From: a virus
Taxonomy: Duplodnaviria; Caudoviricetes
Direction: 5' to 3' (one strand)
IMG/VR virus record: IMGVR_UViG_3300017777_002509
Coordinates: 1-28,383 of that record
Length of the DNA: 28,383 nucleotides
Positions 28,086-28,383 of this stretch are shown here, in pieces; positions within the stretch are counted from its first letter, which is position 1; the number at the start of each line of letters is the position of its first letter. The translations under genes were made by a program, and so were the position numbers. The notes below the pieces were generated by a model, which was not told the DNA's origin, made no database searches, and saw only the letters and a program-made list of their open reading frames with translations.

Positions 28086-28357
28086 TTTTCCACAGGACGA
28101 TAAAGGTTTTCCACAGGTAAACGAAGAGTTTTCCACAGGTATTCCACAATCTTATGAGGTTTTCCACAGGTTTGTGTAGTTTTCCACAGGTAAACGAAGA
28201 GTTTTCCACAGGTTTATGAGAGTTTTCCACAGGGCAATTCTTATAAACCCTTGCAAACACTACAACTACTTCTAAATCTGTGGAAAACTATTACAACGAA
28301 CAGTTCTTATACTCTATACTACCACGAACAACCTGTGGAAAACTACTTTTCCACAGG
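28086..28357. repeat. cluster of DnaA-box-like TTTTCCACA(GG) repeats; candidate origin or DnaA-binding locus
   Basis: Exact forward boxes start at 28086, 28107, 28129, 28160, 28180, 28202, 28223, 28347; reverse boxes at 28279, 28334; 1-mismatch TATTCCACA at 28140. Confidence 0.85.
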
Positions 28358-28383
28358 ACGAAGTAGTATCATACTCACAGATA

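Noticed and set aside
27979-28260. 93-aa minus-strand ORF
   Set aside because: Its repeated PVEN/CGK/WKT words are translations of the TTTTCCACAGG repeats in shifting phase; non-ATG start and no RBS
28086-28357. CRISPR or mini-CRISPR array
   Set aside because: Repeats are only ~12 bp, spacers 8-10 bp and partly duplicated, orientation is mixed, and no cas gene is present

Overview
AT-rich segment of a T4-like cyanophage-type myovirus genome, with all credible genes on the minus strand. In transcription order (right to left): a ~690-bp non-coding region with a phased cluster of TTTTCCACA boxes; two small ORFs missed by the track; a GT2-like glycosyltransferase; a palindrome-rich intergenic promoter region; a 45-aa basic ORF; a 209-aa hypothetical; speD; an 83-aa hypothetical; the baseplate module gp25-gp6-gp7 (4070 aa)-gp8-VrlC-like (2496 aa); small structural genes including a tandem-duplicated pair; and the start of a probable tail-fibre gene running off the left edge. 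The most striking feature is 10 exact copies (plus one 1-mismatch copy) of the cyanobacterial-type DnaA box TTTTCCACA. The first eight are spaced at multiples of about 10.5 bp and lie next to an AT-rich tract and DnaA-trio-like triplets, suggesting a host-oriC mimic (DnaA-dependent origin or DnaA sponge) in a T4-like phage. Family assignments come from recognising motifs and synteny by eye; no database search was run.
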